Positions 12,071-25,659 of a stretch of DNA of 64,000 bases are shown piece by piece; within the stretch, counting starts at the first letter, position 1; every line of letters begins with the position of its first letter. The DNA comes from Azolla caroliniana (lineage: Eukaryota; Plantae; Polypodiophyta): assembly GCA_043228905.1 (NCBI GenBank), contig JBHGNT010000001.1, positions 29,326,001-29,390,000 of the forward strand, read 5' to 3'. The notes under the pieces are model-generated. The model saw only the letters and a list, made by a program, of their open reading frames with translations. It searched no databases and was not told the origin of the DNA. The translations under genes were made by a program, and so were the position numbers.

Positions 12071-15000
12071 TGTCACGTTCATTAAAAGAGAATAGGAATC
12101 CCCCATTAGCCATATTGCTAAAATTCAAGGAGCATTCCAACCAACTTGACCAAGCCCATTTCTTACATATTATTTACATACATGACAAAGTCATTCTAAA
12201 AAATGTACGCAAATTGGTCTCCAAACATCACAAACTATTATATTAATCTAACATCTCAAACATACATTGTATCATAAACATATAAAGTTAAACTTGGTCA
12301 TTGAATATAACTTAACTCACAACTAACATGGCATAGTCATATTTAAAAATATATGGCAATTTGACAAAACATATGTCAAGCTCAAGAGTGGTCAACACAT
12401 TTGAATATTGTCAATGGTTGTAACTTGTGAATATATCTAGGAGTCTTCAGAGAGCATTCACGATCTCATTGTAGATATACCTACCATCACATCACACATA
12501 TGAGTATTATGTTAATGAGAAATACAAAAAAATCCAAATATATATAACTTGAATTGCGTATTATCCTAAGAGTCAGTGGACAAGGTACACTTTGTGTTGT
12601 TGACTTAATGTGTTGTTGTATGACAGGAACTTGGTGGTAATCGGCGAGATGGTTGATGTGGAAAGAGGAACCATATTTGTTGAGTTGACAGTATAATGTA
12701 TTGGATCGCCTTCTTCCAATTTCTAATGTATAGGAAGTTGGTGGTAATCGGCGAGATAGGTGATGTGGAAAGAGGAAGCATATTTGTTAATTTGACAATA
12801 TAGTGTATATGGATCGTTTACAAATCTTCAATAGACAAGAGCAAGTTGAAGAAGTATTGAAAGGTTCATAACTATGACCTGCGAGGGCTTGTTTCCGAAT
12901 ATAAGTACTTTGGTTGTTGTCTATGAATATGATACCATGCATTGTGTCTAAGGAATAGCTTACAGTTAGTGGATTGTTTACTCTATTTTGGATTTGTTTC
13001 CTCAACTAGTGTCTTTCACAAGACGGGGTCGGGGGAAAAACTTTGTATGTTGTAGATGTTATGACACTTTTTATACAACTAACGGAAGGATATTTGTTTT
13101 GGAAAAGAAAGAGAGAGTCAGTGGACAAGGCCAAGTGACCTTTTAGGCTCTAAATTTGAGGGATTTCGATGATTTAACAGGTATGATTAATTTAAACCTA
13201 TAAATAATAACATATTGAAAGCCCAAGGTTTCCATACATATAAAAATTGCACATAATAAAAAGTGAATTTCAACATGTATCATACGCACGGTTTGATATT
13301 ACAAAGAAAACCATTTGTGAAACTAAACCTAATTGCAATGTTGGCTGTCATGATTAGTAAAGATTAAACACAATTTTTAGTGTATTTGTAAACATATATT
13401 GTACAACAACGATAAACACCATTAATTAATAAAACAAGGAACAATGCGGAGACAAAATAAACTTTACTAGATGGTTTATAGTAATGGAAAACACATAGGA
13501 TGTTTGTCTTGTATCTTCTAGGGAAAAACACCCTTCGTGAAGCTTAGGGGTAACGAAGGACAAATATGAGCAGCAAATCTCAATAAAATCTAGATAATGA
13601 AGTGACAAGATATTTCAACTTGTAAACTAGTAGGCTATAAAGCCACCCTACATTCAGAATTGTAATTGTGTAAGTTTGTCATGAAAGCATAGCTAGTTTG
13701 CGATAAGATGCAAATAATGCCAAAATATAACTTTTTATTTGTATTGTTGTGAAAAACACTTGAATATGGGAGTTTATTATGCATGGAGTATATATGGTCA
13801 TATCAAACCATGCTCCATGACTTTATCAACATTATAAGGATTCATATGCGTGTATATGCACCCTTACGATGTACGAAAAGACCTAGTTGACATATATTCT
13901 CTACATGGACCCTTCAATAGTACATACCGAAATGGTTTCCATGGCAAATCGGGATTGCCATAATATGTTTAAAGGTAGTCGCAAAAATGATGAAATTGTG
14001 TTATAAATTTAAAATTATAACAATAACTAAGAAGATAACAAGGAACTACAAATATATATGACTTGATCTAAGGGGTCTATCTCCTCATGCATCGTGGAAC
14101 CTTAGAACATATGATAGCTTTCGTCATAATTGTTTATAAAGGGAAGTTCAAACTTCTTTTTCTACAAGAATTGGCCTAGGATCATAGTATGAACCATACG
14201 TACCATACTTTTGGATTAACTATTTATTATGAGGTAAATAAACCTAAAAAAATGGAAAAAAACAAAAAAAACCTTAAAAAAATGGAAAAAAACACACAAG
14301 AATGTTTGAATAACATTTGCATTCGTTTTCCAATGTAGGAAAACAAATTTATGCTAGACGAACACGAATTTTACGTACTATGCCCAGGATTCTCAACAAT
14401 CGTCATATATACCGTTTTTATCATCAAATAAAGGAACCACTATGTCCATTAATAGCCCACCTTTGCATATCATGTTATATACCAATCATGGAATATATGT
14501 TGTGACCTCATGCATGTGCCCACTTGGAGATTCATACTTTATTTACATTGTTGCACCATACTATATAACAAGACTAGCTTAATCCGCATACCATTATCAC
14601 ATTATAACCACTACGGTCAAGACCTAGAAGGAGCATTTGGTTTGAATAAGATAACGTGGGGGGTAAGTACAACCACAAATATCTAATGCGCCAATTGTTT
14701 TTAATAGTATGTGCATGATACGACAAACAAAGATTTTTTTGAGGAACGTAGAATGATTTCGACACAATCTGGTTCTCCGATCCGGCTCTCGAATCAAACT
14801 CACTTATCCGGCTCTTGGCTTGTTCAACCGATCCGGCCCACGTTGATCTTGCCCGCTCAACACTCCCCGTCAAGCTCAACTTGAGGTCGGTCCGTCATGT
14901 TAGTATCCACTAGCCCTTTTCTCCGGCTCCTCCTGTCGTTTTCACGTCTCTAATGTAGTTGAGCATCTGATCGTGCACATAGGATGCGAGGTAGTACAAC

Positions 15001-15732
15001 ACTATGGTTGCTCCTCGTTCCCATGTCGAGAAGTCCTTGTGTGCCGGCTCTGATGCTACCTCATTCACTCCTACGTACCTCTAGTAGTCGTGTCCCAATA
15101 GGTAATGGTGCATCTTGTACGACTAAGATGCGTAGTTGCTCCGGTCGAGCTTTTCTGTAAGAAGGGAGCTTGCCATGCTTCTTGTCACAGACATGACAAG
15201 AGTCATGTCAAGATTCAAACTCTTCACCTCTTGTATGTAGTCAAGTGTTTTGTTCTAACCAACACATCCAAATACATAATCATGTTATGCATCTATTAGT
15301 AGATTATCTCTTCCAAGTTTTGGGAGTTTTTAGAAGCTTCTGCATGAAAATGAGTCTATGCATAGAACTACATGTAGAGCCCACAAACATGTATAAATAC
15401 TTGTAATCTCCTTGGTCCCTTTAAAGGGGTTCAACACCAGTTATTGACACATCAATCTATTGTTCTTGTTTTGCCCCATCTTGTCTCCTTGATCTTTATC
15501 TCTGTCTTCATGCTCTTGTTTCATTCCTAGCTTCTTAAGTTCCACGCTCTTAGCCCCATCATCCGTGCTCCGTCCAAGTCCACGGTTGGTGTGTCTATGA
15601 CACTTTTGTCCATTCTTTCCTTCTTTCTTTCTGTTCTTTACCGGAAGCAAGGTCTTGGTTTGTCTAAGCTCTTTCTGTCGCCAATAGAGGATTCTCAACC
15701 CTCGCGCTTTGCTACCATGTAAAAGTTGACGT
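12071..15732. repeat. Segmental duplication (paralogs about 51948-57040 and, partially, about 49495-50532)
   Basis: Collinear near-identical non-coding sequence starting TGTCACGTTCATTAAAAGAG; near-duplicate ORFs in the track (12787/52308, 14574/54505, 15105/54876). Confidence 0.9.
14183..14382. mobile_element. CATAGTA-terminus hAT-like MITE
   Basis: TIRs CATAGTATG/CGTACTATG; 8-bp TSD CCTAGGAT/CCCAGGAT; empty site visible in the paralog at about 50300. Confidence 0.85.
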
Positions 15733-16472
15733 GCAGAAGCGTATAGACACAACCAACATTGTCAGATAGCAACGGAAAGTATATGCAGGTTTAATGGAAA
15801 GCTTGAAACACACAAAGAGTACGTGGGAGAGACAAAGAGAGCAGAACACACAAAACTATATTAAAAATACTCAATAGACTCTATACATCAAATGTGTTCA
15901 GAAAGCACATTTATACAAGTACTTCAATGCTCCTACTGAGCCACTGACACTAACTCATAGGCACATAAGTGCTGTCACAAACACACCAACCATGGACCAC
16001 GACGAAGAACGGATGACACGAGGCTATGACTGATAAAGCTACGAATGTGGAACTCGATGTGATGAGGCTAGAAACTCGGGAAATTGAGAGCGACGAGATG
16101 AGGAACTTATGCCGCTAGGAACAATACAAGAGCATAAAGACAGAGATGTATAAATCAAGGTGAGAAGATGGTGCTAAATACGAATACTAGATTGATGTGT
16201 AAGTAACTAGCATTGAATCCCTTGAAAGGAATCAAGGAAGCTACAAGTATTTATACATGTTTGTGGGCTACATGTAGTTCCATGCATCGACCCATTTTCA
16301 TGCAGAAGCTTCTAAAAACTCCTAGAAGTTGGAATAGATAATCTACTAATAATCTACTAAGTTATAGATGACATGACCATGTATTTGGATGTGTTGGTTA
16401 AAACATAACACTTGACTATATACAAGAAGTGAAGAATTCGAATCTTGACATGATTGTTGTCATGTTCGTGAC
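15183..16472. repeat. Two related LTR-like repeats in inverted orientation
   Basis: 15183 begins TGTCACAGACATGAC and 16472 begins (minus) TGTCACGAACATGAC; about 300 bp alignable; the family is amplified again at about 55075-56700. No TSD resolved. Confidence 0.5.
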
Positions 16473-16723
16473 AACTACTTAGTAGACTAGGAGCGTAGGC
16501 CTCCAACGGCCTACCGGTTCGCACATGGGTCTGGCTCCCGAACACGACTCACCGATCTGACTCTCAAGTCCGGATCTCCGATCCAGGCGCTTTGATCAGG
16601 CTCTCGGCTTGTTCAGTCAATCCGGCCCACGTTGAGCTTGCTTGCTCAACAATATTCAAATAAGATTGTTTAGTCAATCCGACCCACGTTGAGCTTGCTT
16701 GCTCAACAATATTCAAATAAGAT

Positions 16724-17387
16724 ATCATTGGAGCTGAGAGTGGGAAGAAGATAGGGAGTTTGCTCTAACGACAAAGGTGTTGTCGGCAGAAAGGCTAAAA
16801 GCACATCGGAGTTGGATCGAACTGGTGAAGCCCCATTTGAAGTGAATTGGGAGTTTGTTAAGATTCGAGAATAGATCCTTTTCGGATGGGTTGAATTCAG
16901 GATTGAGGTGTGTGTTGGATTAGATGACTCTAATCTGAACACCGTATGGAGTCTGGCTAAGTATCTAAAAAGGTCAAATACGTAAATAGGTTTTGTAACG
17001 ATCGTATTTAGGCCAGTCATGTAAATAGCCCGAAAGTTATCTTAGCATAAAGATAACTAGGGCAAACTGTTTGAGGCGTAGTTGAGTAGCTTGTTGTGTG
17101 TAACTGTGTATTGTGTGTGTGAGGTCGTTGCCTCCATAGCTAAACAGACGAAGTGAGAGAGAGAGGACGAGAACATCTCTATTGTAACTGCCTATTGGTG
17201 AAGGAAGTGAACTCAGGTTGGTGCCTGTTTTGTTCGTTGCTTGTGGGCACTCGTGGTTTTTACCCTATTTGGGGTTTTCCACGTTAACATCTTCTGCACA
17301 TTTATTTCGGTTTCCTCTCTGTTTTGCTTGTGTTCCTGTTTCCACATTTGAACTCGATTGTGGCCGAGATCTCGTTTTTGCATCACA
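16724..17387 (+). mobile_element. Truncated LTR related to the solo LTR at 29383-30162
   Basis: Shares the GTGGTTTT..CCC..TTTGGGGTTTTCCACGT motif; ends ...TCACA exactly where homology to the SAUR 3' flank at about 20102 resumes. Confidence 0.5.
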
Positions 17388-17601
17388 TCCAAGAAACCCT
17401 TTATCAAAATTTGGTGATATGGTGTGATCACATAAATTAATGTCATACATTGTCACACAGTTTTTGGAGTTCAACTCATAACTATTTTGTTTTACTCGAA
17501 TCTTAAATTTGATCACGTACATTAAAAACTGGGATGAATAAACCAATATCATTAAAAAATGATCGATAACACATTTATGAGATTGATGCATTAGTGTAAG
17601 A

Positions 17602-18146
17602 TTAATTGTTGGATTCGACTAACAACATGATATGCTCAAAGAAGGCAATATCACACAGAATTGTGATGGGTCCCTCTTGATTGAACCCGAATTCTTCATT
17701 AGCCTTCCCTTATAAAATTGCAAACAAAGGATGGCCAATCATATTTGCCTTTAAAAGAAATCGTCTCTTTTCTTCGCCCACATACAAAGCAATATAGACT
17801 CGAGGTGTTTTGTTGAAACTCTTCTTCCAACTAGTATCGATATCAATCATGTTTGACGGACGCCTTAACGGTGACATGAAATAGGATAATGATTTTGATA
17901 ATGAATTGAGGGTGACCTCGGTAAATATTCAATATTATTATCATCATCATCCTTATTATCATTATTATTATTATTATTATTATTAGAAGTGAACAATGGG
18001 TCGTGTCGTTCCAGATAATCTAATTCATTGAAAGCTTCATTATTGGAGAGATAAGGATGCACGAATCTAGCACACTTGGGTAACACTATAGTAGAGCACA
18101 TCAATGGTTGCATGCTCTTAAATATCCCCCACCGATTCGTCACCGT
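17602..18146 (-). pseudogene. SAUR: SAUR pseudogene, type B
   Basis: Paralog of 20317-20874 with start ATG>ACG, a 1-bp deletion at about 17908, an in-frame TAA in the core (about 17710-17712) and loss of the TATA box. Confidence 0.88.
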
Positions 18147-18289
18147 TTGTGAGTATACTTTGAATGCCCCTAGTATAGAGGGGTAGAAAAGAAGAAGAAT
18201 ATTGACGTCTCTAAAGAGGTTAATTTGGCTTGTGAACCCAAAACAATATATAGATTGTATAACTTGGTTTAGAAATAAAATTGAAGAAA

Positions 18290-18333
<44 letters not shown>

Positions 18334-18559
18334 TGATTAATAAACATGCGAGCAACCAATAGCTCACCATGGCAATGTTGATCAAAATGAAATAATACTA
18401 TATTCATAATGATTTGAGATTAAATTTATATGAATGAAATGATATAATGGTTTAATTAATGGTTTTTTATTGATTTAATTAATTTAACTTAAAGATTTAT
18501 TTAATTTAATGGTTCAATTAAAGTTTCTTTTATTGATTTATTAAAGTTGATGAAAGATT

Positions 18560-18960
18560 TATTTATTTTTTCAATGAAACCTGCACCTTAGTATATTACT
18601 TGAAAACTGTACACACAAAATACAGAAGGAGATAGTTTATGGAAAAGTTAAAATCTAACCGAACCATTTAATCACAAATTTAAACATAACCTTTTGAGCC
18701 AAATCAATTAAGTAATTAAATAACCATTAAATCAAATAAGCATGTAAGTTAAATTACTAAAATCATTAAACAAGAAAACATTAATTAAACCATAAGGAAA
18801 TAAAAAATTTAACCAAAAACTGAGAAACTCGTGTTTTAGAACCAAACCGCTTAATAATAGTTGAACTAAACCAAACATTTTAATTATATTGGAACTAATA
18901 AACCCTTAAACCATAACTTAACGATTCGGTTCGGTTTGAGTTGAAGTTGGGCCATAGCTA
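18560..18960. mobile_element. Partial hAT MITE (third copy of the 23262 family and its flank)
   Basis: Ends GGGCCATAGCTA followed by CCATCAAC; preceded by an inverted internal fragment at about 18440-18510. Confidence 0.65.
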
Positions 18961-19056
18961 CCATCAACAAAGAAGACATTTTGATTTGACTCATCTTGCA
19001 AAATATGTTGACGAAGAAAAAGGTAAAGATTATGCTAGACTTGGGTTTCCTAGAGT

Positions 19057-19529
19057 TGTATTAGTCCAAAGTGGTTAATGCGAGTGGCCATGTGTAAATT
19101 GGAGAATCATGTGAGAGCTATAGAATGGTGTACATTGTACATAAGGTTCACATAAAACTACATACATGGAACTAATGGCCATAATTGACCATCCTTAAAT
19201 GGTGTATACATGGAACTAATAGGTGAAGTGGTACATCACGTTGAACATTAGCTTTGATATACCACTTCGTTGTGATGAGGTCATGTTTGAGGTGTATTAG
19301 TCCAAAGTGCTTAATGCAAGTGGCCATATGTAAATTGGAGAATCATGTGAGAGCTATAGAATGGTGTACATTGTACATAAGGTTCACATAAAACTACATA
19401 CATGGAACCAATAGCCATAATTGACCATCCTTAAATAGTGTATACATGGAACTAATAGGTGAAGTGGTACATCACGTTGAACATTAGCTTTGATATACCA
19501 CTTCATTGTGATGAGGTAATGTTTGAGGT
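19057..19529. repeat. Tandem duplication, 2 x about 236 bp
   Basis: Units begin TGTATTAGTCCAAAGTG at 19057 and 19293. Confidence 0.85.
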
Positions 19530-20316
19530 AAAAAATTATGGCCGACAATGTCTTTGCTCCTCCCGCTTCCATATGCTTGCCCATTTCCTTGACAACGTCA
19601 AAACATTGCAATTGTTTTAGTGCTCGAGAATTGTTCTGAACACTCATATGTATGTCTCAATCAAGGCAAAAACACTAGGTTTTTGGAAAATATTTGTGCA
19701 CGACAATGAGATAATTATACGTTGGCTTTTACAAAAATTTGGCAAATATGTTTGTGGATGTGAAGATATACAAACAAGTGGAGTGTATAAGATAAGAGAG
19801 GTGAAGAGGTGGTGAGTGGATGACTGAGTGAAGAGATTTGAGCATATGGACAAGTGGATGGGGAGTTGGAAGAGCAAAACAACACAAATCAAAGTAGACG
19901 AAAGAACTTAGATCACACATGCTACACATGAATGTTGATCACAAATGCTACAAGTGCCCAACAACCAGGATTTGATTGCATGAATTAAACTTTTTGCTAG
20001 AAAATGCCAAATGCATGTTTTCTATTGTTTCTGACACCTTTCTAAAATCTACAAAATGATATGACACAACGTTTTGGTTTATGATTTCATCTTTTTCTTC
20101 ATCCAAGAAACCCTTTATCAAAATTTGGTGATATGGTGTGATTACATAAATTAATCCCATACATTGTCACATAGTTTTTGGAGTTCAACTCATAACTATT
20201 TTGTTTTACTCGAATCTTAAATTTGATCATGTACATGTAAAAGTGGGGATGAATGAACCAATATCATTACAAATATATCAATCACACATTTATGAGATTG
20301 ATGCATTAGTGTACGA

Positions 20317-20874
20317 TTAATTGTTGGATTCGACTAACAAAATGATATGCTCAAAGAAGGCAATATCACACGGAATTGTGATGGGTCCCTCTTGATCAAA
20401 CCCGAATTCTTCATTAGCCTTCTCTAATAAGGTTGCAAACAAAGGATGGTTGATCATATTTGCCTTTAAAAGAAATCGTCTCCTTTCTTCGCCCACATAC
20501 AAAGCAAAGTAGCCTCGAGGTGTTTTGCTGAAACTCTTCTTCTTGCAACTAGTATCGATATTAGCCATGTTTGAGGGGCGCCTTAACGGTGACATGAAAT
20601 AGGATAATGATTTTGATAATGAATTCAGTGGTGACCTCGGTAAATATTCAATATTATTATCATTAGCGCCATTATGATAAGGTTTATCATTATTCTTAAT
20701 ATTATTATTGTTAGAAGTGAACAATGGTTCACGTTGTTTTAGATAATCTAATTCATTGAAAGCTTCATTATTGGAGCGATAAGGATGCACAAATCTACCA
20801 CACTTGGGTAACACTATATTAGAGCACATCAATGGTTGCATGCTCTTGAATATCCCCCTCTGATTCCTCACCAT
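20317..20874 (-). CDS. SAUR: SAUR family protein, type B, about 185 aa with a long Asn-rich N-terminal extension
   Basis: Open frame from ATG (MVRNQRGIF) to the SAUR core TPRGYFALYVGEERRRF...HPLF..LLEKANEEFGFDQEGPITIPC; TATA at 21080-21086. Confidence 0.92.
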   Translation of the reverse strand: MVRNQRGIFKSMQPLMCSNIVLPKCGRFVHPYRSNNEAFNELDYLKQREPLFTSNNNNIKNNDKPYHNGANDNNIEYLPRSPLNSLSKSLSYFMSPLRRPSNMANIDTSCKKKSFSKTPRGYFALYVGEERRRFLLKANMINHPLFATLLEKANEEFGFDQEGPITIPCDIAFFEHIILLVESNN

Positions 20875-21018
20875 TTGTGAGTACACTTTGAATGCCCCTG
20901 GTATAGAGAGGTAGAAAAGAAGAAGAGTATTGATGTCTCTAAAGAGGTTAATTTGGCTTGTGAACCCAAAACAATATAGGTTGTATAACTTGTTTAAGAA
21001 ATAAAACTAAAGAAACAC

Positions 21019-21055
<37 letters not shown>

Positions 21056-21525
21056 TGATTAATAAACATGCGAGCAACCTATATAAGGTTCACCATGGCA
21101 TTGTTGATCAAAATGAAATAATATTATATTCATAATGATTTGAGATTAATTTATATAAATGAAATTCTTACAAATCACACACCTCCCCATAGTCAACAAC
21201 TTTCTTTATTTATGTTTAGAACTAGGATTAGAGCTCCTATGTTTTATCACAGTCCAAATCTTTGTAGGTGATATGTGCACCTTCCCTCACTTATATGAGA
21301 AGATAGATTCTGCCTTTGTAATGTTCTCTCAAGCTTCACATAGGGAGTCATTGTCCTTGACATATTTCAAAAAATACACAAACAACTTTATCTTGTCTCC
21401 CATTCTTTTCTCTGTCTTTGTCATTCGGTTTGACTATCTCGTGCAACGAAACAGTTATAAGGAAATAATCAATAGTTCATGTTGGTTCCTCAAAGTGTCT
21501 TCTTCCGGCTTAAGTTAGTTAGGTT

Positions 21526-21736
21526 CATAGTACGTAAAATTCGTGTTCGTCTAGCAGAACATTCGTTTTCCTACATTGGAAAACGAATGCGAATGTTATT
21601 CAAACATTCTTGTGTTTTTTTTTTGTTTTTTCCCTACCTCATAATAAATAGTTAATCCAAAAGTATGGTAGTTATCATTCTTTGAGGGTGTTTTTCTTAT
21701 GCGAATGCACGTATGGTAGGTATGGTTCATACTATG
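21526..21736. mobile_element. CATAGTA-terminus hAT-like MITE (opposite orientation)
   Basis: TIRs CATAGTACG...CATACTATG; 8-bp TSD GTTAGGTT/GTTAGGTC. Confidence 0.85.
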
Positions 21737-23261
21737 GTTAGGTCACTTTGACATCGATTTCTATAAGTCATTATTCAATGAATATTTAAGAAAAATAAAA
21801 CATCTAAATTGAACGTGTTAAACAATAAGAATAATAAATGACCACTAGTACAACACATAGATTTTAAGAAGATATCATGAACAATACAAATTACAATAAA
21901 GTCTCTAGAATATAATGTAGCATTTCCTTAAGTACATATGTCCCCTCTTTCTCGACAATATTTAAGAAACCCTTCGTGAATTCGGTATCTTCCTCTCGTA
22001 TCAATGTACATGGATGGTGTCTATTAGGAGGGTCCCATCATGAAGGAAGTTAAATACTTAATACATTGATCAAGTGTCAAATGACAAATGCGTGTTTAGG
22101 AAGGAGGATTCAAATTTGGTTTTTACATGTCTTAATGCATATATTTTGTCACTACTTAAACTTAGGCCATTTCAAGCTAGTAAAGTAAATGCATGTACAT
22201 ATATGTCAGTGTACTTGAAACTTGCTTTCCTTTATGATAAGAAAGCCATCAAGGTTTATAACCCGATTAGCTTTGCATGGGTAATTTAAAATACCATGTT
22301 TTCAATAATCATGAAAAGATGATCATAGTAAAATGTGATACATCTAAACAAGATATTGCAAGATATCTCTTTTATGTGCTACAAAGTCATAGAAAGGGAG
22401 ACTTGAAGAAAAGTCTCTTGTCTTTGAAAGGAATACGGGATGAGTGATATAAATTAATTGAAATATGGGAAAAGTACCAGGATACCCCTGGAAGTTTGTC
22501 TATTTATTAGAATGCCCCTGGAAGTTCTAAATTTACCAAACTATCCGTATGTCCAAAAAAATACAATTTATAAAGTAATTATACACTCAAATATACAACC
22601 CTTATTTACCAGAGTACCTTGAACCTAAACTTATTTATCATAATGCCGCTATATACCTATTTTGACCAAGTTATACCACTTTATTTTTCGAAATACATTA
22701 TAAATCAAATTAAATTATCAAAATTATATTATATATAAAAAATTTCAATTGAAAAGTCACCTGAAAATCCAATTCTATGAATTTACACCGAGTTATACTA
22801 GCTTGATCCCATAAATTAACATGTAATTACAACGAGTTATATAGTCCCTTAGTGCATATTTTATTAACACTAAGGGACGTTGCTTTAATAGGCATTTTTC
22901 TTTTAAAGCATTATTAACCATTTTGTGAATGTTTTATTTTATTATTATTAAATTTTTAAAGGAAGATACACCTTAGTATATTCCTTGAAAAGTCTACATA
23001 AGAAAAATAGAAGGAGATATTTCATTTCACTTCTTTTTGTAAGATACAAAAGCTATTTTATATTAACTTTTTCTAGGGCTATTTCTCAAACTATGAGTGT
23101 TTTTGATATTTTATCTCTAGATTCTATATGTAGACGGAGTTAATGCAAACTTTTTTCTACTTATAAACATATGCAAGTATTTTTTATTTCACGTAGATAT
23201 TATATTACGGAAGATGTATAACGACGTACCCAACTACATACCATATATTGCTACCATCGAC

Positions 23262-23782
23262 TAGCTATGGGCCCAGTTTGGCTGGGTTCTTTGCCGTGAA
23301 ACCAAACCAAACCATTTATAGAAAACAATAAATAACCAAGCCACTTAGGAAAAGTGAAACCAATCAGTTTATGAAAGTTTTTATTTTTTTTTCAAAGAAA
23401 GATGCACCTTAGTATATTACTTGAAAAATGTACACACAATATATAGAAGGAGACAGTTTATGGAAAAGTTAAAATCTAACCAAACCATTTAATCACAAAT
23501 TTAAACATAACCTTTTGAGCCAAATTAATTAAGTAATTAAATAACCATTAAATCAAACAAGCATGTAAGTTAAATTAATAAAATCATTGAACAAGAAATC
23601 ATTAATTAAACCATAAGGAAATAAAAACAGTTAACCAAAAACCGAGAAACTCAAGTTTTAGAACCAAACTGTTTACTAATAATTGAACCAAACCAAACCT
23701 TTTAATTATATTGGAACTAATAAACCCTTAAACCATAACTTAACGATTTGGTTCGGTTTGAGTTGATGTCGGGCCATAGCTA
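23262..23782. mobile_element. Complete hAT-type MITE
   Basis: TIRs TAGCTATGG(G)CCC...GGGCCATAGCTA; perfect 8-bp TSD CCATCGAC at 23254-23261 and 23783-23790. Confidence 0.9.
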
Positions 23783-25158
23783 CCATCGACAAAGAAGACG
23801 TTGTCCTTTGACTCATCCTGCAAAGTATGTTGACGGAGAAAAAGGTAAAGATTATGCGAGACTTGGGTTTCCTAGAATTGTATTAGTCCAAAGTGCTTAA
23901 TGCGAGTAGCCATATGTAAATTGGAGAATCATGTGAGAGCTATAAAACTCAACCTCTTAAAATGTATGTGCCTATGAACTCAATCTTGGGTGGACACCAA
24001 GAATAATAAGTAATTTTTTGGGAAATGTTGGTATGAAACATTGGAAAATAAGGATTCACAACTTTTTTGTGGTATGTTTTCTAGTGTTAGGTTATTTATG
24101 TACTAAAATATGGTTATGGTTCCAACAACCCATCTCCTCATGACAAAGTTTGAGATTTGTCAATCTGTAGTACATAGTCAAAGTGCCGATAATGTAGTAA
24201 TAATTTTAGTGAATCCAAGTACTCACATATTTGTCATTCTTGTATCGAGATGGTAGAACATGTCTAATGTTCAAACTCAATCATACACTGAAGCTTCACT
24301 TGATAGTACTATGCAAATGGATATTTTATTGATAAAATATATATTGTGACATTTAGAATTGTGCGAAGCAAATTCCATACACCTCATTGCCAACCAAGGT
24401 ACTCTCACATTCACCTTGCTTGTATTGAGCTTGCAAAAGATGTCTCCAGTCTAAACTCAATCATACAATGAAGCTCCACATAGTTGTACTATGCAAACAA
24501 GTAAGTTCGTGATACGAAGATATATCATGACATTTAGAATTGTGTGACGCAAATTCGGTATACAAGTTACTAACATGTTCACCATTATTGTATTGAAATG
24601 AAAAAGCATGTCTCGACTCTAAAATCTATTGTACATTGAAACTCAAATTGGTTATATTGTATAAATCGTTATTTAATTGATACGTAGATTATATATATCA
24701 TGAAATTTAGAATTGTGCAAAGCAAAATCCATGTATCTCACTTATAATCCTGAATTTGTTTAACAAATGTTTTTCAAGGCAACATATTCCATGGTGTGTT
24801 GGGACATCATCCACAACATGGAGCCTAATCAAACTATTTATAAGTTATAACATGGAAAGTTCATCAATTGCATGAATAACTCGACAAAGGACATTAATAT
24901 AGAGTACACTAACTCGTTCAAAATACTTAGTTACAGGGTTGGATGAACTTTAGCAATTTTATAGCAAATTAGTGGTGTATACATTTGTGGTATGGTGGGA
25001 TCAATAAATTTGTCCCATCATAGCTTTTGGAATCCAACTCATAACTATTTTTTAGTTATAGTGGTAAGTTTCATCATGTACAAAGAAATTTGGAGATGAA
25101 TGAACCTAGATAATTAAAATTACATTCAACAACGCATTTATAAGATTGATGCATTATT

Positions 25159-25659
25159 TTAGGATGAATTGTCGCATTCAACTAACAATACAATGTGCTC
25201 AAAGAAGGCGATATCACACGGAATAGTAATGGGTCCCTCTTGATCAAACCCAAATTCTTCTTTTGCCTTCTCTAACAAGATTGCAAACAAAGGATGGTTA
25301 ACCATACTTGCCTTTACAACGAACCGCTTCCTTTCTTCACCCACATACAGACTGAAATATCCCCTAGGTGTTTCAACATGACTCTTCTTATTACAAATAG
25401 CATTGATATTAGTCATGCTTGAGGAGGGACTAAACGATGACTTTAAATAGGATGATGACTTTAATAATGAATTGATTGGTGACCTATTATTATTATCACA
25501 AGTGAACAAGGGTTCACATTGTTCTTCATAGTATAACTCGTTGAATGCTTCATTACTAGAAATACGAGGAAGTGAGAATTTGGCACACTTGGGTAGCATG
25601 AAAGTAGAATGCATCAATGGTTGCTTGCTCTTGAATATCCTTCTCCAAATCCTCACCAT
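25159..25659 (-). CDS. SAUR: SAUR family protein, type A, about 166 aa
   Basis: Intact frame from ATG (MVRIWRRIF) through the SAUR core; TATA at 25850-25857. Confidence 0.92.
   Translation of the reverse strand: MVRIWRRIFKSKQPLMHSTFMLPKCAKFSLPRISSNEAFNELYYEEQCEPLFTCDNNNRSPINSLLKSSSYLKSSFSPSSSMTNINAICNKKSHVETPRGYFSLYVGEERKRFVVKASMVNHPLFAILLEKAKEEFGFDQEGPITIPCDIAFFEHIVLLVECDNSS

Noticed and set aside
22448-23090. Mutator-like MITE starting GGGAAAAGTACC
   Set aside because: I could not identify a matching right TIR or a TSD.
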